Shown here: one piece after another, positions 61,326 through 64,000 of the stretch
Layout of the letters: the number at the start of each line of letters is the position of its first letter
Numbering within the stretch: position 1 is the first letter of the stretch
NCBI GenBank assembly: GCA_965218585.1
Contig: CBDCLE010000017.1
Location: 1 to 64,000, forward strand
Length of the DNA: 64,000 nt
Direction: 5' to 3'
From: Terriglobia bacterium
GTDB taxonomy: Bacteria > Acidobacteriota > Terriglobia > 20CM-2-55-15
The notes under the pieces: model-generated
Databases searched by the model: none
Seen by the model: the letters and a program-made list of their open reading frames with translations, nothing else
What the model was told of the DNA's origin: nothing
Translations under genes and position numbers: made by a program

Positions 61326-61664
61326 ATGAAAAAGACTCTGTGTTTCGCGTTTGCTGCGGTTCTTCTCACGAGCGCCCTCACCCCTGCGGCTTCTTCTCAG
61401 ATCAGGGGGGGAAGACGATCGGACGCTCAAGCCAGAGTCCGGGCCGAAATCCAAAGGGAAAGACGCGTCGAAATTCAGGAAGAGCTGGAAGCTGCCACGT
61501 CCGAACTGGAAGGACTTACAAAAGTTCTGGTGGAAGAAGTTGCCGAAATTGACGGGTACACGATCTCCCTGCAGGTCCTCGAAGCGAGCGACCGAATCGA
61601 AGTCCTCGCCAAACAGATCGAAGAACTCGCAAAGACGATTAACCGCAGAGCTCAAGGTCGATAG
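61326..61664 (+). CDS. Secreted coiled-coil hypothetical protein
   Basis: Signal peptide followed by heptad-rich helices. Confidence 0.65.
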   Translation: MKKTLCFAFAAVLLTSALTPAASSQIRGGRRSDAQARVRAEIQRERRVEIQEELEAATSELEGLTKVLVEEVAEIDGYTISLQVLEASDRIEVLAKQIEELAKTINRRAQGR

Positions 61665-61893
61665 GAGTTCGGAGTTTGGCCGAACACCGCCGCTTCAAAA
61701 AAGCGGTACAGCCCCCCCGGCCAGAGAACCCCGAAAAACACCCCGGCCTGCCCAAAAGTCTGCCCGTTGGCGGAGATTCTTTTGCGCCCCCGCCAATACG
61801 TATTGTAGACTTACTCGCTCGCGGAGCGCTGTTCTCGCGAGAATGCCGGCCTAAATTCAAGATAATTGGTTTGTTAACGGAGGTTCAGTCACG

Positions 61894-63309
61894 ATGAAAC
61901 CTAAAGAGGTAGTTGAATTCGCCCGGGAGAAGGGTGTGAAAGTAGTCGACTTACGCTTTGTCGATCTACCCGGCGTCTGGCAGCATTTTTCGATCTCTGT
62001 CTCAGAGCTAGCGGAAGATATTTTCAAGGATGGCCTTGGATTTGATGGATCCAGCATCCGCGGTTTCCAGCAGATTCAAGAGAGCGACATGCTGCTGATC
62101 CCGGACCCGGAGACGGTTTTCATGGATCCCTTCACTGAAGTACCCACCCTGAACATGATCTGCAACGTGAAGGATCCGGTGACGGGTGAATCCTACTCAC
62201 GCGACCCACGCTACATTGCCCAGAAGGCCGAAAAGCACCTTGAAGCGACCGGCGTAGCCGACACCGTTTACATCGGTCCGGAACCGGAGTTTTTCATCCT
62301 CGACGACGTCCGTTACGACCAGGGACCGGGATTTGGGTACTACTTCGTCGATTCCGATGAAGCGTCATGGAATACAGGCCGTCAGGAAAACCCAAACCTG
62401 GGACATAAACCGCGTTACAAGGAAGGCTATTTTCCTGTTTCACCGGTTGATTCTCTTCAGGACGTCCGTACAGAAATGATGCTGACGATGGAAAGCATAG
62501 GCATTCGAGTCGAAGTGCATCACCACGAAGTGGCCACGGCCGGACAGGCCGAAATCGATATGCGATTCGATACGCTCACGCGGATGGGCGACAAACTTCA
62601 GATGTACAAGTACGTCGCCAAGAACGTCGCAAAACGCCGCGGCAAGACTGTGACGTTCATGCCCAAGCCTATCTTCAGCGACAACGGATCCGGCATGCAC
62701 GTCCACCAGAGCCTCTGGAAGAAGGGCAAGAACGTATTCTACGAACCCGGGAACTACGCCGACCTCAGCAAGGAGTGCCAGTACTACATTGGGGGTCTGC
62801 TCAAACATGCCCCTGCCCTGCTGGCATTTGTCGCTCCGACGGTAAACTCATTCCGTCGACTGGTTCCTGGATTCGAGGCTCCGGTCACGCTGATTTACTC
62901 TCAGAGAAACCGAAGCGCCATGGTGCGGATCCCTGCGTACTCCAAGAGTGAGGGCGCCAAAAGACTCGAACTCCGCGTCCCCGATCCGTCGTGCAACGGG
63001 TATCTGGCCTTTGCCGCGATGCTCATGGCAGGTCTGGACGGAATCGAAAACAAGATCATGCCTCCGGATCCGGTCGACAAGGATCTCTACGACCTCGCAC
63101 CGGAAGAAAAGGCTGACCTCAATCAGGTCCCGGGTAGCCTGGACGAAGTGTTAGACGCATTAGAAGCCGATCACGACTGGCTCCTGAAGGGCGACGTCTT
63201 CACCCAGGACGTCATTGACACATGGCTCGCATACAAGCGCGAGAATGAGTTGGATCCGTTGCGGCTGCGGCCCCATCCCTACGAATTCACTCTGTACTAC
63301 GACATCTAG
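61894..63309 (+). CDS. glnA: Glutamine synthetase type I
   Basis: FDGSSI, HHEVA, TFMPKP, NGSGMH, NRSA; adenylylation site DLYD. Confidence 0.98.
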   Translation: MKPKEVVEFAREKGVKVVDLRFVDLPGVWQHFSISVSELAEDIFKDGLGFDGSSIRGFQQIQESDMLLIPDPETVFMDPFTEVPTLNMICNVKDPVTGESYSRDPRYIAQKAEKHLEATGVADTVYIGPEPEFFILDDVRYDQGPGFGYYFVDSDEASWNTGRQENPNLGHKPRYKEGYFPVSPVDSLQDVRTEMMLTMESIGIRVEVHHHEVATAGQAEIDMRFDTLTRMGDKLQMYKYVAKNVAKRRGKTVTFMPKPIFSDNGSGMHVHQSLWKKGKNVFYEPGNYADLSKECQYYIGGLLKHAPALLAFVAPTVNSFRRLVPGFEAPVTLIYSQRNRSAMVRIPAYSKSEGAKRLELRVPDPSCNGYLAFAAMLMAGLDGIENKIMPPDPVDKDLYDLAPEEKADLNQVPGSLDEVLDALEADHDWLLKGDVFTQDVIDTWLAYKRENELDPLRLRPHPYEFTLYYDI

Positions 63310-63333
63310 AGATTCCAAGCCCGACCTCAACAG

Positions 63334-63368
63334 CGGTCTGCGTCCCAGGACGCAGACCGTGTTTCTTT
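63334..63368 (+). terminator. Hairpin/possible terminator between glnA and the P-II gene
   Basis: cggtctgcgtcc-ca-ggacgcagaccg followed by tgtttcttt. Confidence 0.55.
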
Positions 63369-63380
63369 AGAGAAGGAACC

Positions 63381-63713
63381 ATGAAGCTCGTCAAGACCAT
63401 CATCCGTCCAAACAAAGTCGAGGACGTCAAGGATGCCCTGGAGAAGCTCCACATATCGGGGATGACGGTTACAGAAATTCGCGGCCATGGACGCCAGAAA
63501 GGACACACCTCGATTTACAGGGGCGCCGAATACAGCGTAACCCTCCTGCCCAAGATCATGATCGACATCGTCATACCCGATGAACTGGTGGACGACGCGA
63601 TCAAGACAATCATTGAAGCCGCAAGAACCGGAGAGATCGGAGACGGACGGGTTTTTGTGTCGCCCATCGATGAAGGCTACAACATCCGTACAGGCGAGCG
63701 GGACATCAACTAG
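63381..63713 (+). CDS. P-II nitrogen regulatory protein
   Basis: IIRP, GRQKG, YRGAEY (Tyr51 equivalent), TGEIGDGR motifs. Confidence 0.95.
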   Translation: MKLVKTIIRPNKVEDVKDALEKLHISGMTVTEIRGHGRQKGHTSIYRGAEYSVTLLPKIMIDIVIPDELVDDAIKTIIEAARTGEIGDGRVFVSPIDEGYNIRTGERDIN

Positions 63714-63863
63714 CAGTCAGCGCACAAGAGGCAAGCAAAACGGCCAAGTTTCTAGACACGAGGTTTTCGTGACCCAGAAAACCGGTCTTCGTGAAACTCG
63801 TGCCCTTCGTGCCTTCGTGTTGAAACACAATTTCGCTGCTCAGTTCGGTTCTTCTTTGGAACC

Positions 63864-63998
63864 TTACCCGGAATAACCATCAAATGCTGCGCGGACACGG
63901 GACGTAACTTCGGCGTAGGTCGCCTTGAAGTCGGAAAGTTCCAGCATTGCTTCGAGCGCTGGAATGTCCTTCTCTTCGATCCGGCTACTCGACAGGCT
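63864..63998 (-). CDS. 3' end of a gene entering from beyond the window (possibly GlnE-like; uncertain)
   Basis: Open frame SLSSSRIEEKDIPALEAMLELSDFKATYAEVTSRVRAAFDGYSG*; identity guessed only from context and the helical tail. Confidence 0.4.
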   Translation of the reverse strand, partial: SLSSSRIEEKDIPALEAMLELSDFKATYAEVTSRVRAAFDGYSG

Positions 63999-64000
63999 CG

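Noticed and set aside
61768-61787. Sigma-54 promoter upstream of glnA (TGGC...TTGC)
   Set aside because: GG-to-GC spacing is 13 nt rather than the required 10

Overview
Bacterial chromosomal window of mostly core genes. Gene order (valS-nadC-birA-coaX; aroC-def-fmt-PASTA-rpe-bamD; rpsA-sppA-IHF-HIT; Gly-rich TonB) suggests Acidobacteriota; this is inference. Translation and housekeeping genes include rpsA, rpmE, prfA, prmC, ileS, valS, def, fmt, greA, recA, aroC, rpe, glnA and P-II, plus RNase P RNA and tRNA-Phe(GAA). Also present are an Opp/Dpp-type ABC transporter, mlaEFD, a LolA/ABC/lipoprotein/DedA envelope operon and an egtB-egtD pair. Several things are missed by the ORF track: (i) a probable selenoprotein peroxiredoxin-like gene (5308-5958, W-UGA-P-Y-C, with a SECIS-like hairpin); (ii) two single-base frameshifts near the window start, one fusing pilT to its neighbour and one hiding a 61-aa Zn-ribbon-like gene; (iii) an intact IS256-family element with an 8-bp target duplication at the edge of a 53-bp palindrome; (iv) a 173-bp MITE with a 9-bp duplication that rewrote the IleRS C-terminus; (v) several REP/MITE-like repeat families; (vi) a non-canonical GIHH signature in a type-2 IleRS. 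I found no CRISPR array, prophage or clearly new multi-gene system. All calls come from reading the sequence; no database search was run.
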